This document shows positions 9,901-18,794 of a stretch of 64,000 nucleotides of DNA, piece by piece. The notes below the pieces were generated by a model. It saw nothing but the letters and a program-made list of their open reading frames with translations, did no database searches and was not told the DNA's origin. The DNA comes from an uncultured Methylomirabilota bacterium (GTDB taxonomy: Bacteria; Methylomirabilota; Methylomirabilia; Methylomirabilales; 2-02-FULL-66-22). Where the stretch lies: positions 5,152,001 through 5,216,000 of the forward strand of contig OY970067.1 of assembly GCA_963705305.1 (NCBI GenBank), given 5' to 3'. The translations under genes and the position numbers were made by a program. Positions within the stretch are counted from its first letter, which is position 1. Every line of letters starts with the position of its first letter.

Positions 9901-11047
9901 GGCGACGCTGGATGCGACCGGGATGACCGCCGCTCCCCAGCTGAGCGGGGAGGCAACCGTCCGCCAGGGACGCATCCAGATCCAGGGCTATCCGGATGCG
10001 CTCCGCGAGGTCCAGGCGCGATTCCTCCTCTCCTCCACCGGCATCCGCCTCGTCGAGGCGACCGGCGCGCTGGGTCGAGGGCGCCTCCAGGCCAGCGGGG
10101 AGGCGACACTCCAGGGCTGGCAGGTCCGCTTTTATCGGCTTTCCGTCGCCGGGCGGAACATCTCGCTGCCGCCGACCGACCAGCTCGAGACGACGTGGGA
10201 CGTTGATTTGGAGCTGGCCGGACTCGGCCCGCGTGCACAGCTCAGCGGGACGGCGCATCTCGTCCGGGGACGCTATGCAGGCCAGCTCTCCCTGCGCTCC
10301 CTGCTGTTTGGAAAGGAGAAGGCGCAGTCCGGCGGGGCGGCGTTCGCCCTCCCGATCAAGATCCTCCTGCAGCTCGACAACAACCTGATGCTGGAGACCG
10401 AGCTGGCCCGCATGCGCGTGGGAGGCACCCTCAGCGTCGAGGGGACCACGGCCTCGCCGGCCCTGTTCGGCAGCCTGGAGGTCCGCGAGGGAAGCATCCT
10501 CTTTCGCAAGCACCAATTCACGGTGACGTCGGCCTCGGCCCAGTTCAGCGATCCGCGCCGGGTCGACCCCACCCTGAACGTCCAGGCCACGACCCAGATA
10601 CAAGACTACCAAGTGACCATGAGTCTCAGCGGGCGGGCCGATAATCTGACCGTCCACCTTTCTTCTTCCCCGCCGCTGTCCCAGGAGGATTTGCTGACCC
10701 TGGTGACATTCGGGGTGACGCGGGAAGAGTTCGGCCGGTCGGCGGCGGGCATCGTCGCCGGCGAGGCCGCACAGCTCCTGGTCCAGGAGTTCCTGGGCCT
10801 CAATACCACGAGCGCCGGCCTGGATGTCTTCGAGGTCGAGAGCACCGCGTCCGGCGGACACACCTTGCGTGTGGGAAAGACCGTCGCCAAGGGAACGCTG
10901 CTCATTTTCGAACAGCCCCTGAGCGGGACCGGGACCCAGAAGCTGCGGGTCGAGTACCAGGTGCTGGGTCCGCTCCTCATCACCGGAGAGCAGAGTTTTC
11001 AGGGGGGGTACGGGGCGGATCTCCTGCTCCGCCTCAGTTTTCGATAA
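6965..11047 (+). CDS. tamB: TamB/AsmA-like translocation and assembly module protein
   Basis: 1360 aa with an N-terminal TM anchor, glycine-rich beta repeats and a C-terminal DUF490-like region (DPTLNVQA, LSSSPPLSQEDLLTL); sits upstream of an Omp85 gene. Confidence 0.85.
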   Translation: MNTLPADARHRPPTGRRWRLAVLAGILILAGIAIAFWLAVRAYAPALTRERIQAALGEALGRPVRIQRVVLQPWRRRVVLMDVSVASGPSRTGAPMLRLARAEVTAGIRSLWELQVVLSRIRLTDLDLALTAGPSESTPPPLVLSNHFQAGPISLRIEEIVLQHGRISYSDSQNRRNLLVQDLEARLRLSPRETGVSAQAGAIRFIAPGVDERLDRLQLDGRTLPDRIAIQSLSARWQGRELSLRGEVRHPLSAPDLSLRLQATVDLADLGRRTGLHVGLAGIATLQADLQGALASPRAAVRVAVPDLGVGPVAARGVQVTGEVRGPVAAPDIRLAARGEVDLARLGRALQLPLPLGGTATADLTLRGALEAPELGGQITIPDLTAGPVKAQRVSVRGLWAGGTLQVERITANLFGGSLDGSLRMRPDRLQETSLRVAFRQIALPALKTLIPRAPRFGGTLDLQAEVAGDPRDPASLRGRLSLEGAGLRLPGGLDRAGAGSLSAQATLRDQLLEIHRLTAVWPGLHGQASGGVGLSGPATLRLQAQGDLGVLGPIWGLPDVAGTVLLTAGADGRWPAPQITGRLLAPSLNAAGTRVDRISIPFQLRDRRLEVTGAELTLGQSPVTATGALSWTHPGLLPLDDWPRSVQGRLGLRAPAVRLEDLDRWIPPAWRGTGQLAVTLHLAGSPAAWDGSGSLAADRLLGPDRIPIQDLRAAVKADSSRLEVTALRAKLRGVPVDGHGTWEWAGAGRAEADLGPLDLAAIPEAPERLALRGEARGRLQATYRNGAVSAGGTFHLAAASALGLPPGNGELTLSLQRGELRAMLSLPAARLAGQLEGRLGARPVLTAHLTVQDLALGPIIRRSVPGQTVPLDGQLSLTAAATIPTDRPSATRATLELYPVRLLVVEERWESPDPVLLRWEGGAVHVDRLRLTSRLGTLAVSGSADPAGKLSLALRGAFPLGILPALLPQVHEAGGTLEATLDATGMTAAPQLSGEATVRQGRIQIQGYPDALREVQARFLLSSTGIRLVEATGALGRGRLQASGEATLQGWQVRFYRLSVAGRNISLPPTDQLETTWDVDLELAGLGPRAQLSGTAHLVRGRYAGQLSLRSLLFGKEKAQSGGAAFALPIKILLQLDNNLMLETELARMRVGGTLSVEGTTASPALFGSLEVREGSILFRKHQFTVTSASAQFSDPRRVDPTLNVQATTQIQDYQVTMSLSGRADNLTVHLSSSPPLSQEDLLTLVTFGVTREEFGRSAAGIVAGEAAQLLVQEFLGLNTTSAGLDVFEVESTASGGHTLRVGKTVAKGTLLIFEQPLSGTGTQKLRVEYQVLGPLLITGEQSFQGGYGADLLLRLSFR

Positions 11048-13786
11048 TGAGACGTTCGAGCCCCCGCCATCCTCTGTTCGTTACTGGGCCTCTGGCTCGT
11101 CGGTGCGGCCGGCGCGGCCGGGGGCCAGGAATCCCCCGTCCCAATCGTCACGGGGATCCAGCTGGTCGCCCCGTACCGCATCCCCGAGTCACTGGTGCGT
11201 GAGGCCATCGGATCGCTGGCCAGCCGGCCCCGCTCCCGCTCCGCCATCCGCGAAAGTCTGGATCGCCTCTGGGCGCTGGGCCTTTTCGCGGAGGTATGGG
11301 TGGACGAGGCGATCCAGGGAGACGGGGTCCGGCTTGACTTCCACCTTCTCCGCCGTCCCTTCGTCCAGAGCCTGGTGTGGACGGGAGAGGCGGGGCTGAG
11401 CGACGCCGAGGCGGCAGATGCCGCCGGGCTCGAGCTAGGCGGCGACGCCGTCCCCTCCCGCCTGGACGAGGCCCGGCAGCGGCTTCTGGAATGGTACCGC
11501 ACTCAGGGGTTCTTTGCGGCCGATGTGCGCTTCGAGGTCTCCGCGGATTCCGACACCAATGGTCGGGATATCACCATGATCCTCCGAGCGGGCGAGCAGG
11601 CGCGGGTGGGATCGGTGCGAATCCAGGGGGGCGACGGAATCCCGACCACGGAGCTGGCGAAAAGCTTCGGCATGACCCGCGGAGACCGCTACACCGAGGC
11701 CGCGGCCAAGAAAGGGCTTCAAGCCGTTGAGGAGCGGCTGCAGGAGGCGGACTACTTCGAATCCCGGGTCACGATGAAACCGGTCGAGTGGGACCGCCAG
11801 ACCAACCGGACCAGCCTGGAGCTGGAGGTGGCCGCAGGCCCCAAGTTCCGCGTCGAGTTCAGCGGAAACCGCCATCTCGCCGCCTCGGCGCTTCGAAAGC
11901 GCCTGACCTTTTCTTCCCTCGGCATCGTCGACGAGGGGGAGATTCGTACCAGCGCGCGCACCTTGGAGGCGGCCTATCAGGAAGAGGGCTATCATTTTGT
12001 CCAGGTCACGGGCAGCCTCCGCCGCGAGGGAGAGGCTGGCGTGATCAGGTTCCAGATCACCGAAGGACCGCGCGTGAAGGTCGAGTCGGTCGCCGTCCGG
12101 GGCAACCGGGCCTTTCCCGCCGGCCGCCTGCAAGCGCTCATAGGGACGCAGCCCTCCGGACTCATCGGCTCGGGCTACTTCCGGCAGGATGTCCTCGAGC
12201 AGGACATGCAGCTTCTGGTCGCGTTCTACCGCTCCCAGGGATTCTCCCGCGCCGCGGCGGGACCGCCCGAGGTGCAGTTTACATCCCGCGATACCCGCGC
12301 CCGCGTCGTCATTCCCATCGCGGAGGGCCCGCGCCTCGTCGTGGGAAACATCCGCATCCAGAGCGGGACTCGGATCCCTGCCGAGGCCCTCCGGATCGCC
12401 CTTGCCCTCACGCCCGGATCGCCGTGGGATCCGGCCAAGGCCGAGCAGGGCCGCCGGGAGGTGGAGCACCGCTACGCCACGCAGGGCTACCTGGCCGCCG
12501 GCGTGGCCCTGGAGACGAGCCGGCGGGACGGACGTGTCGATGTTCTCCTGCGCGTTCAGGAGGGGCCGCAGACGCGGATCGGCCGCATCCTCATCAGCGG
12601 CCTGGTCCTGACCCAGGAACCGATCGTGCGCCGCGAGCTCCCCTTTGGCCCGGGCGACCCCTTCGACCCCGCCAAGCTGCTGGAGGCGGAGCGGCGCCTG
12701 TCGAGCCTGGGGATCTTCGATCGGGTCCGGGTCGGACCGCTCCAGCCTCCGCCGGCTCCATTCGCCGATGTGGACATCACCGTCCTGGAGGGCAAGCCAT
12801 GGCGGGCGCAGTTCGGCCTCGGCTACAGCACCGAGGAGGGCGCGCGGGGCTCGGCGCAGGTGGGGCACAACAACCTGTTCGGAACGGATCGGAGCCTCCG
12901 CCTCGAGGAAAAGGTGAGTCAGATGCTGGAGCAAACCAGCCTCACCTATGTCGAGCCCCGGCTGCTGGGAACGGACTGGAAAGGCGAGGCCACCGCCTCG
13001 CGGGAACGGCAGAAGGAGATCGGCTATCGGCTCGAGCAGGCCGGGGAGACGCTGGGGATTCGGCGCGATCTCTTCCCGGAGAGCATCTCAGGACTGAGCA
13101 CCGCGCTGCGCTACCGATTGGACCAGGTCCGGCGGTTTGATGTGGACACCTCCCTGGCCGCTGCCGATGTGGTGGCGGGCAGTCAGCTGGTGGCCAGCCT
13201 CACCCCCTCGCTGGTCCTGGACCGGCGGGACAGTCCCATCAACCCCACCCGGGGGAGTCTCAACCTGCTGTCGCTGGAAGGAGGCGGCAACCCGCTGGGC
13301 AGCGAGGTGAATTTCCTCAAGTCCGTCATGGAGACCCACTGGTTCCTGGACCCGCTTCCCCCCACCGTGCTGGCCCTGTCGGGCCGGCTGGGGCTGGCGA
13401 CCCCGCTGGGAAACACTCCGGACCTAGCCGTCGAAGATCGGTTCCTTGCCGGCGGCAGCACCACGATCCGCGGCTACCGGTTGAACAGGGTGGGCCCCCA
13501 CGATTCCTCTGGCAACCCGACGGGTGGCGACGCGCTGGTGCTGCTCAACGCCGAGTGGCGATTCCCCATCTGGCGCTTTCTGGGCGGGGCCCTGTTCGTG
13601 GATTCGGGAGCGGTCACGCCGAGTGTCGGCGATCTGGGGCAGGCCGCCTTCAAGACGGGGGTCGGCGCGGGCCTGCGACTGGCCACGCCCGTCGGGCCCG
13701 TGCGATTCGACGCGGGGTACGGTTTGAACCGCATCCCCGGTGAGGATCAATGGCAACTCTACTTCAGCGTCGGCTATCCGTTCTGA
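11047..13786 (+). CDS. Omp85 family (BamA/TamA) outer-membrane protein with multiple POTRA domains; apparent 1-nt frameshift in signal peptide
   Basis: POTRA repeats (Y..QG(F/Y)F), GGSTTIRGY, TPVGPVRFD, terminal SVGYPF. ATG at 11047 joins the signal peptide frame (MRRSSPAILCSLLGLWL..) if one C of the C5 run at 11061-11065 is removed. Confidence 0.88.
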
Positions 13787-14445
13787 GAGGCCTCGGGCTG
13801 GCGCTCACGCTCGTCGGCCTGTGTCTCCCGGCGGCGCGCGCTGCGGACACCGACTTTATGGATGCGGTGGTGGCCGAGCTGGACGGTGCGGCCGTCACCG
13901 CCAGCGACATCGCCCTGGCCAGGGCGCTCGGCCTGTTCGACCTCCGTCCGTCCTCCGCACCCATCGACGCCGCCGAGGCAAATCGGTATCTGGATGCCCG
14001 GCTGGTCGAGGGGGAGGCCGTGCGCCTGGGCATCCAGGGATCGCCCGATGAGATGGCGGCAGCCTGGAAGGCCGCCGCCGCGCGGGTGGGCGGAATGGCC
14101 GCGCTGACCGCCTGGCTCGACCGGAACGGCATCGATGCCGCCTGGGCTCGCCGCCTGATCGCCGAGGACCTGCGCCGCGAGCGCTACATCGAGCTCCGCT
14201 TCCGGACCTTCGCCTTCGTGTCCGAGGCGGATGTGGACGCGGCCCTCGGATCCGGCCCGCACGCCCCCGAGGAGCGGCTGCGCACCCGCCGGAAACTCAC
14301 CGATGAGGCGATGCAGCGCAGCCTCTCGCAGTGGCTGAGCGCGGCCCGCCGCGAGGCCCGGATCCGTCTCGTCCCTCAGGCGATCCCCTCGCCGCTTCCC
14401 TTCCCCATGCCCGGCGGCCCGGCAACCCCATCGGCACACGATTAG
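13750..14445 (+). CDS. SurA N-terminal-domain-like exported protein
   Basis: Signal peptide, then DAVVAELDGAAVTASDI, helical core, VSEADV and WLSAARREARIR, typical of SurA_N-like chaperones; no PPIase domain seen. Confidence 0.6.
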   Translation: MATLLQRRLSVLRGLGLALTLVGLCLPAARAADTDFMDAVVAELDGAAVTASDIALARALGLFDLRPSSAPIDAAEANRYLDARLVEGEAVRLGIQGSPDEMAAAWKAAAARVGGMAALTAWLDRNGIDAAWARRLIAEDLRRERYIELRFRTFAFVSEADVDAALGSGPHAPEERLRTRRKLTDEAMQRSLSQWLSAARREARIRLVPQAIPSPLPFPMPGGPATPSAHD

Positions 14446-14472
14446 CACAATGCTCAAATGCCCGCTTTCGCC

Positions 14473-14747
14473 CAGACTGATCAAAAAGGCCCAGATGTCC
14501 CTCGACCTGGCTCGGGACCATGAGCCTGTCGAATGGCAAGGCGCCGTCACCCATCCCTCGGGATGGGTACCCGCCGCGGGGTACCCACCGGAGGTGGGTC
14601 GGAGGCGTACTTACCTGAACGTCGCAGCGCCGCGGGAGCGCGGGGGGTACCCGTCCGAAGGATGGGCACCCATCAGATGGGCACCCATCAGATGGGCACC
14701 CATCAGATGGGTACCCGGCAGACGGGCCTTTTTCAGCAGCCTGCTAG
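14473..14747. mobile_element. MITE-like non-autonomous element with imperfect terminal inverted repeats
   Basis: Left cagactgatcaaaaaggccc (14473-14492) vs reverse complement of right end caggctgctgaaaaaggccc (14724-14743), 17/20 match; CTAG at the right border; no transposase. Confidence 0.6.
14661..14716. repeat. Tandem repeat of near-palindromic 15-mer GATGGGCACCCATCA (3 full units plus variant)
   Basis: Units at 14661, 14676, 14691, then gatgggtaccc at 14706. Confidence 0.9.
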
Positions 14748-15752
14748 GCCTGCAGGCCGTACCGCGAGAGCGCGGCCCCGACGATCTCGCAGATCGTCTC
14801 GGGGTGGGTGCGGCCCGAGGCGCGGGCCCCGCGGATGAAATCGGCCGTCGTGTGCAGGTACGGGTTCGGATTGGCCTCGATCAGATAGACCTTGTGGTCC
14901 TCGGTGATGCGGAAGTCGAAGCGGGCATAGTCCCGCAACTGGAGCGCCTGGAAGCTGGTGACGGCGGCGTTCTGCGCCGCCTCCACGATATCGGCGGGCA
15001 GATCCTCGGGGATCCGGTACTTGCTCCCCCGATAGGCGCGCGTCCCCTCATACCACTTCACCTCGGTCCCGGCGATCCGGGGGGTGCCTTCGGGGAGGTG
15101 GGACAGATCCAGCTCGACCAGGGGAAAAGCTTTGGCGTCGGCGTTGCCCAGGACCCCGATGTAAACTTCCCGCCCATCGATGTACTGCTCGATCAGCACC
15201 GGATTGTCGAAATCGGCGTGCAGCTGATCGATCCGCTCCATGAGAATCCTTGATGCTCTCCACCAGCGCGCTGAAGCCGATCCCGATTGAGCCGTCCTCC
15301 CGCCCCGGCTTGACGATCACCGGAAAGTCGATGTCGTGCGCCCAGTCCAGCCGGCCCCGGAAGACGGTGACGAACTTCGGCGTCAGGATGCCGTGGAACT
15401 GCAGGACCTTCTTGGTCAGGGCCTTGTCCATGGCCAGGGACAGGCCGCGCGGTCCCGACCCCGTGTACCGCAGCCCCAGCAACTCGTAGTAGGCGGCCAC
15501 GTACGGTTCCTTGGTGTCGTCGTCCCCGAAGGATTCCACCAGGTTGAACAGGATGTCCGCCTGCACGTCCCGCATCCGGGCGAGACAGTCCTTGGTTCCG
15601 TCCACGACTACCGAGAACACCTCGTGGCCGGCGCGCTCCAGGACCTCGCGAATCTGCTGGACATCCGTCCGCCGGCGCCGCCGCCGCCCGGTCGCCTCGG
15701 CGGCGGGAGCCTCTTCAGGGGTGTGGGCGATCCCGATTCGCAGCGTCGCCAT
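14744..15752 (-). CDS. D-Ala-D-Ala ligase-like ATP-grasp protein (1-nt frameshift near 15245)
   Basis: FNLVESF, YTGSG, MDKALTK, PVIVKP.EDGSIGI in one frame; LIEQYIDGRE, DYARFDFR, IEANPNP in the next. Removing one base gives ESIKDLMERID. Confidence 0.85.
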
Positions 15753-16824
15753 GACTCTCCTCTCCCGCGGGGCGGGGGGAAGGTTTCGGAGGCCGGCGCA
15801 TGGGCGTCCGGGCCCGCGGGACGAAGCTCCCCCGCGTCAGGTAATTCATGGTCAGGGTCGTGGTGTACGCGGTCAATTCCAGGAGGACGGTGCACTCTCT
15901 GCGGATCTCCACGTGCAGCTGCATCCGCTCCGCCGCCTGCTCGATGCTGTCCACAAGGGCCCGGACCGCGCTCCGGCGGACGCCGGTCCAGTACTCCACC
16001 TTGCCGATGAGCTCCATCCGGTAATCCCGGACCATCTCCCAGGCGGGGCGGATGCCGCGCTTCCGGCGGCCCTTTCGAATGAAGAAATCCGGCAGGTCGT
16101 TCTCCAGGGCCACGTCCACCGGGGTCACCTCCCCCTGGTTGGCCCGGAAGAACTCCTCCACGGTCATGTCCATCTCCGCCACCGTGATGTCGGTGGAGGC
16201 GAGCCGGACCGGCGGCTCCTGGTCGGCCACCGCCCGGGCGATCCGGTGCACGTAGCGCAGCTTGCGCAGCGCCGGCCAGCCCCGGTAGCGCACGCGCCAG
16301 CGCGAACCGGGTGTGAGCCAGACGGCGAACGTCTCGGCGAAGTCGTCGTCCGGATGCTTCTGGGCATACCACCCCTCGATATGCCGGACGAAGTTCCGAT
16401 CGAAGGGGACGGGCCGATAGCGGTCGCGGTAGGGGCGGTTGAAGGGGCCGAACAGCTCGCGCCATTCCGGCGTCTCGTAGATCTTGTAGGCGTAATTGAA
16501 GGCGTGGCCGGCCTCGTGGCGCAGGTACATGCGGATCTCCCGCTCATCCTCGAGGTCGTCGATCTCCTTCTCCAGGCGGGCCAGATCGGCGTCTGCCAAG
16601 TAGAACGGGATCCCGATGATCGGCTCCCCTGACGGACAGCCCCACTCGTCCGTCAGGTAGCACGGCGGCCGAAAATGCTTGAGGCCCTTCCGCTCGATCT
16701 CGCGGTAGAGCTTCTGCACGTACCGCTCGACTGGCGACCCTTCAAGCTTGAGTCCGAGCTGGCTGATACGCTGGGAGAGGAGAGGCCGCAGGCTTGGCAA
16801 GGTGCTCTCAAATGTCCGCATCAT
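15715..16824 (-). CDS. Putative zinc-binding metallopeptidase (Peptidase_Mx-like)
   Basis: HEAGH zincin motif, DEWGCP, IPFYL, YAQKHPDDDFAETFAVWL. Confidence 0.85.
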   Translation of the reverse strand: MMRTFESTLPSLRPLLSQRISQLGLKLEGSPVERYVQKLYREIERKGLKHFRPPCYLTDEWGCPSGEPIIGIPFYLADADLARLEKEIDDLEDEREIRMYLRHEAGHAFNYAYKIYETPEWRELFGPFNRPYRDRYRPVPFDRNFVRHIEGWYAQKHPDDDFAETFAVWLTPGSRWRVRYRGWPALRKLRYVHRIARAVADQEPPVRLASTDITVAEMDMTVEEFFRANQGEVTPVDVALENDLPDFFIRKGRRKRGIRPAWEMVRDYRMELIGKVEYWTGVRRSAVRALVDSIEQAAERMQLHVEIRRECTVLLELTAYTTTLTMNYLTRGSFVPRARTPMRRPPKPSPRPAGEESHGDAANRDRPHP

Positions 16825-17120
16825 CTCTATAATGCCATGCCCGCGCCGTCATTTCAATGCCTGCATCCATTTGTTCCGATCACGACCCGGGGGTCGCGAC
16901 GATTCGGCCGAAAAGCCGGCTCTTGCACCTGCGCGGGCCTGGTCTTTCGTCGCAGCGGAGCTGCCAGGACTCGGCCCTTCTTGGTGCGATCCATGTCCGG
17001 TGCCGGGTACCGAGTCGTGCGTCTCCGCATCGTTAGGTTTCGAAACATGTCGCGATGCATCCTCTGCGGTCGGATTTGAGTGTTTTCCGAAATAGCTGTG
17101 CTCACAATAAGTTGCCGCGC

Positions 17121-17148
17121 TTGCAAAAGGGAATAAGCGATATATATT
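17121..17148 (+). promoter_or_regulatory. Putative sigma70 promoter of the riboswitch-DUF2294 transcript
   Basis: TTGCAA-N16-TATATT in an AT-rich patch just upstream of the riboswitch. Confidence 0.5.
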
Positions 17149-17153
17149 AGTAG

Positions 17154-17273
17154 GTGAGAGGGGAGTAGATCTTTCCTCACTGGTCTGGTGGGTTCGTCAG
17201 CACGACCGTCATTGAAGCTGCGGTCCGGCTCACCAGACGCGGGGCGGAAGGCCCCAAGATCGAGACCTCTTGC
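17154..17273 (+). ncRNA. yybP-ykoY (Mn2+) riboswitch aptamer
   Basis: AGAGGGGAGUAG ... CGUCAGCAC ... GAUCGAGACCUCU. P1 gtgagagg/cctcttgc, P1.1 gatctt/aagatc, P3 gtctggtgggtt/ggctcaccagac, inner gaccg/cggtc. terC lies downstream. Confidence 0.85.
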
Positions 17274-17301
17274 GTGGAGTGGCACGCAAGAGGTTTTTTT
17301 T
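17265..17301 (+). terminator. Intrinsic terminator, riboswitch expression platform
   Basis: Perfect 12-bp stem acctcttgcgtg/cacgcaagaggt followed by a T-run; the 5' arm overlaps the aptamer P1 3' strand (ON-switch geometry). Confidence 0.9.
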
Positions 17302-17386
17302 ATCCCCCGATGCCATGACGACCTCCGGCAGGCCCACGGGAGACTCGCAGCCCCACGCCGCTACCCCACGCGGAGAGGAGGGAAAG

Positions 17387-17803
17387 ATGCCCGTCCTTGA
17401 CAGTGTGGGAGAGATTTCCGGCCGCTTGCAGGGCAATGCCTGCAGCCATACCAGGGGCCAGATCGAGGCTGAGATCAGCAAGGCCATTATCCGATTTGAC
17501 TGCCAGCACCTGGGACGGGGCCCGGCGGACGTCCGGACGCGGATCGTGCAGGACATGATCATCGTCCGCTCCATCGACGTCCTGACCCCCTCCGAGCACG
17601 CCCTGATCAAGGTGGGGAGCGTGGAGCTGGTGAAGCAGGTGCGGTCGAAGCTCTACGAGAGTCACCGGGAGGAGCTGATCCGAACTCTCCGCAACCTGAC
17701 CGGATGCGAGATCATCAGCATGCACCGCGACCTCAGCACGCGGACGGGGGAGCGGTTGATTGTGTTCGTCACGCGTGAGAATGTGGAGGCGCTATTCCGG
17801 TGA
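17387..17803 (+). CDS. DUF2294 / MpsC-family protein (copy 1)
   Basis: TRGQIEAEISKAIIRF...GRGP.DVRT.IVQDMIIVR...LTPSE...VKQVR...HRDLSTRTGE; RBS gaggaggg. Confidence 0.88.
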   Translation: MPVLDSVGEISGRLQGNACSHTRGQIEAEISKAIIRFDCQHLGRGPADVRTRIVQDMIIVRSIDVLTPSEHALIKVGSVELVKQVRSKLYESHREELIRTLRNLTGCEIISMHRDLSTRTGERLIVFVTRENVEALFR

Positions 17804-17848
17804 GAGGCGAACGACCCACGGGCGATCTTCTTTCCTGGCCGTTTCCGC

Positions 17849-17877
17849 TTGACAGGAAGGCAGGTCTGCCTGATTCT
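17849..17877 (+). promoter_or_regulatory. Putative sigma70 promoter upstream of leader motif copy 1
   Basis: TTGACA-N17-GATTCT. Confidence 0.45.
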
Positions 17878-17910
17878 TAAGTTGAGTGGGCTAGCTAGCT
17901 GGCTACCAAA

Positions 17911-18011
17911 GACCGGCGGACGAGACGAAGGGTAGCCCTCGCGGGGCGACCAGCAGTAGCGTAGGCCGGCACGGGGATATGAAGGAATCCCTGTGCCGGC
18001 CTATGTTTTTT
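17911..18011 (+). ncRNA. Candidate cis-regulatory leader RNA (copy 1) fused to an intrinsic terminator
   Basis: CGGCGGACGAGACGAAGGGTA-hairpin-GGGCGACCAGCAGTAGCGTAGGCCGGCA; 17-bp stem 17962-17978/17987-18003 followed by tgtttttt. Confidence 0.75.
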
Positions 18012-18192
18012 CTCGGGCCCGCATGTTTCGGCAAGGTGGAGGCGACCCAGGTACACTACGGCTCGAATCCGGACGGGGACGGAAGGGCGGAGAGGACAAG
18101 CATCGACTTTTCCCGGGGAGCGAAACAGGAGCGAACTGGAGCATCACGGGGATCCGCGTTTCAGCACGAGACCTGGAAAGGGGGTGGCAGAG

Positions 18193-18606
18193 ATGCCCGC
18201 TCTTGGCAGCGTGGGAGAGGTGACCGGTCGAGTGAAAGGCGCCGTGTCTTCCCGAACGAAGGGGCAGATCGAGGCCGAGGTCAGCAAGGCGATCATCCGG
18301 TTTGACCGCGAGCACTGGGGACGGGGCCCGGCGGACGTTCGGACGCGGATCGTGCAGGACATGGTCATCGTCCGCTCCATCGACGTCCTGACCCCCTCCG
18401 AGCACACGCTGGTCAAGACCGGGAGCGTGGATCTGGTGAAACAGGTCCGATCTAAACTGTACGAGAGCCACCAAGCGGAGCTTTACCGGATGCTTCGCGG
18501 GCTGACCGGCTGCGAGGTCATCAGCATGCATAGCGACCTCAGCACGCGGACCGGGGAGCGCTTCATCGTGTTCATCCTGGGCGAGAATCTGGAGCAGCGC
18601 ATGTAG
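18193..18606 (+). CDS. DUF2294 / MpsC-family protein (copy 2)
   Basis: Close paralog of 17387..17803 (TKGQIEAEVSKAIIRF, GRGP, HSDLSTRTGE). Confidence 0.88.
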   Translation: MPALGSVGEVTGRVKGAVSSRTKGQIEAEVSKAIIRFDREHWGRGPADVRTRIVQDMVIVRSIDVLTPSEHTLVKTGSVDLVKQVRSKLYESHQAELYRMLRGLTGCEVISMHSDLSTRTGERFIVFILGENLEQRM

Positions 18607-18639
18607 CGGCGCGCGAGCAGCGACACGGTCCGGACGACA

Positions 18640-18738
18640 CGGCGGACGAGACGAAGGGTAACCCCGGCGGGCGACCAGCAGTAGCGTAGGCCGGCAGAGG
18701 GATCACACTGGGATTCCTGTGCCGGCCTTTCGTTTCTT
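18640..18738 (+). ncRNA. Candidate cis-regulatory leader RNA (copy 2) fused to an intrinsic terminator
   Basis: Same 21-nt and 28-nt blocks as copy 1; stem aggccggcagagggatc/gattcctgtgccggcct followed by ttcgtttctt. Confidence 0.75.
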
Positions 18739-18794
18739 GGGATCCACAGACGCGGGGGCAATGGTGATGGGAATCTGATCCGAGGAGGTGAGAC

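Noticed and set aside
14661..14716. Tandem palindromic repeats as a CRISPR array
   Set aside because: The units are 15 bp and directly adjacent with no spacers; no cas genes in the window.
14450..15253. 267-aa + strand ORF containing WAPIR repeats
   Set aside because: It is a translation of the MITE-like element plus the antisense of the ATP-grasp gene.
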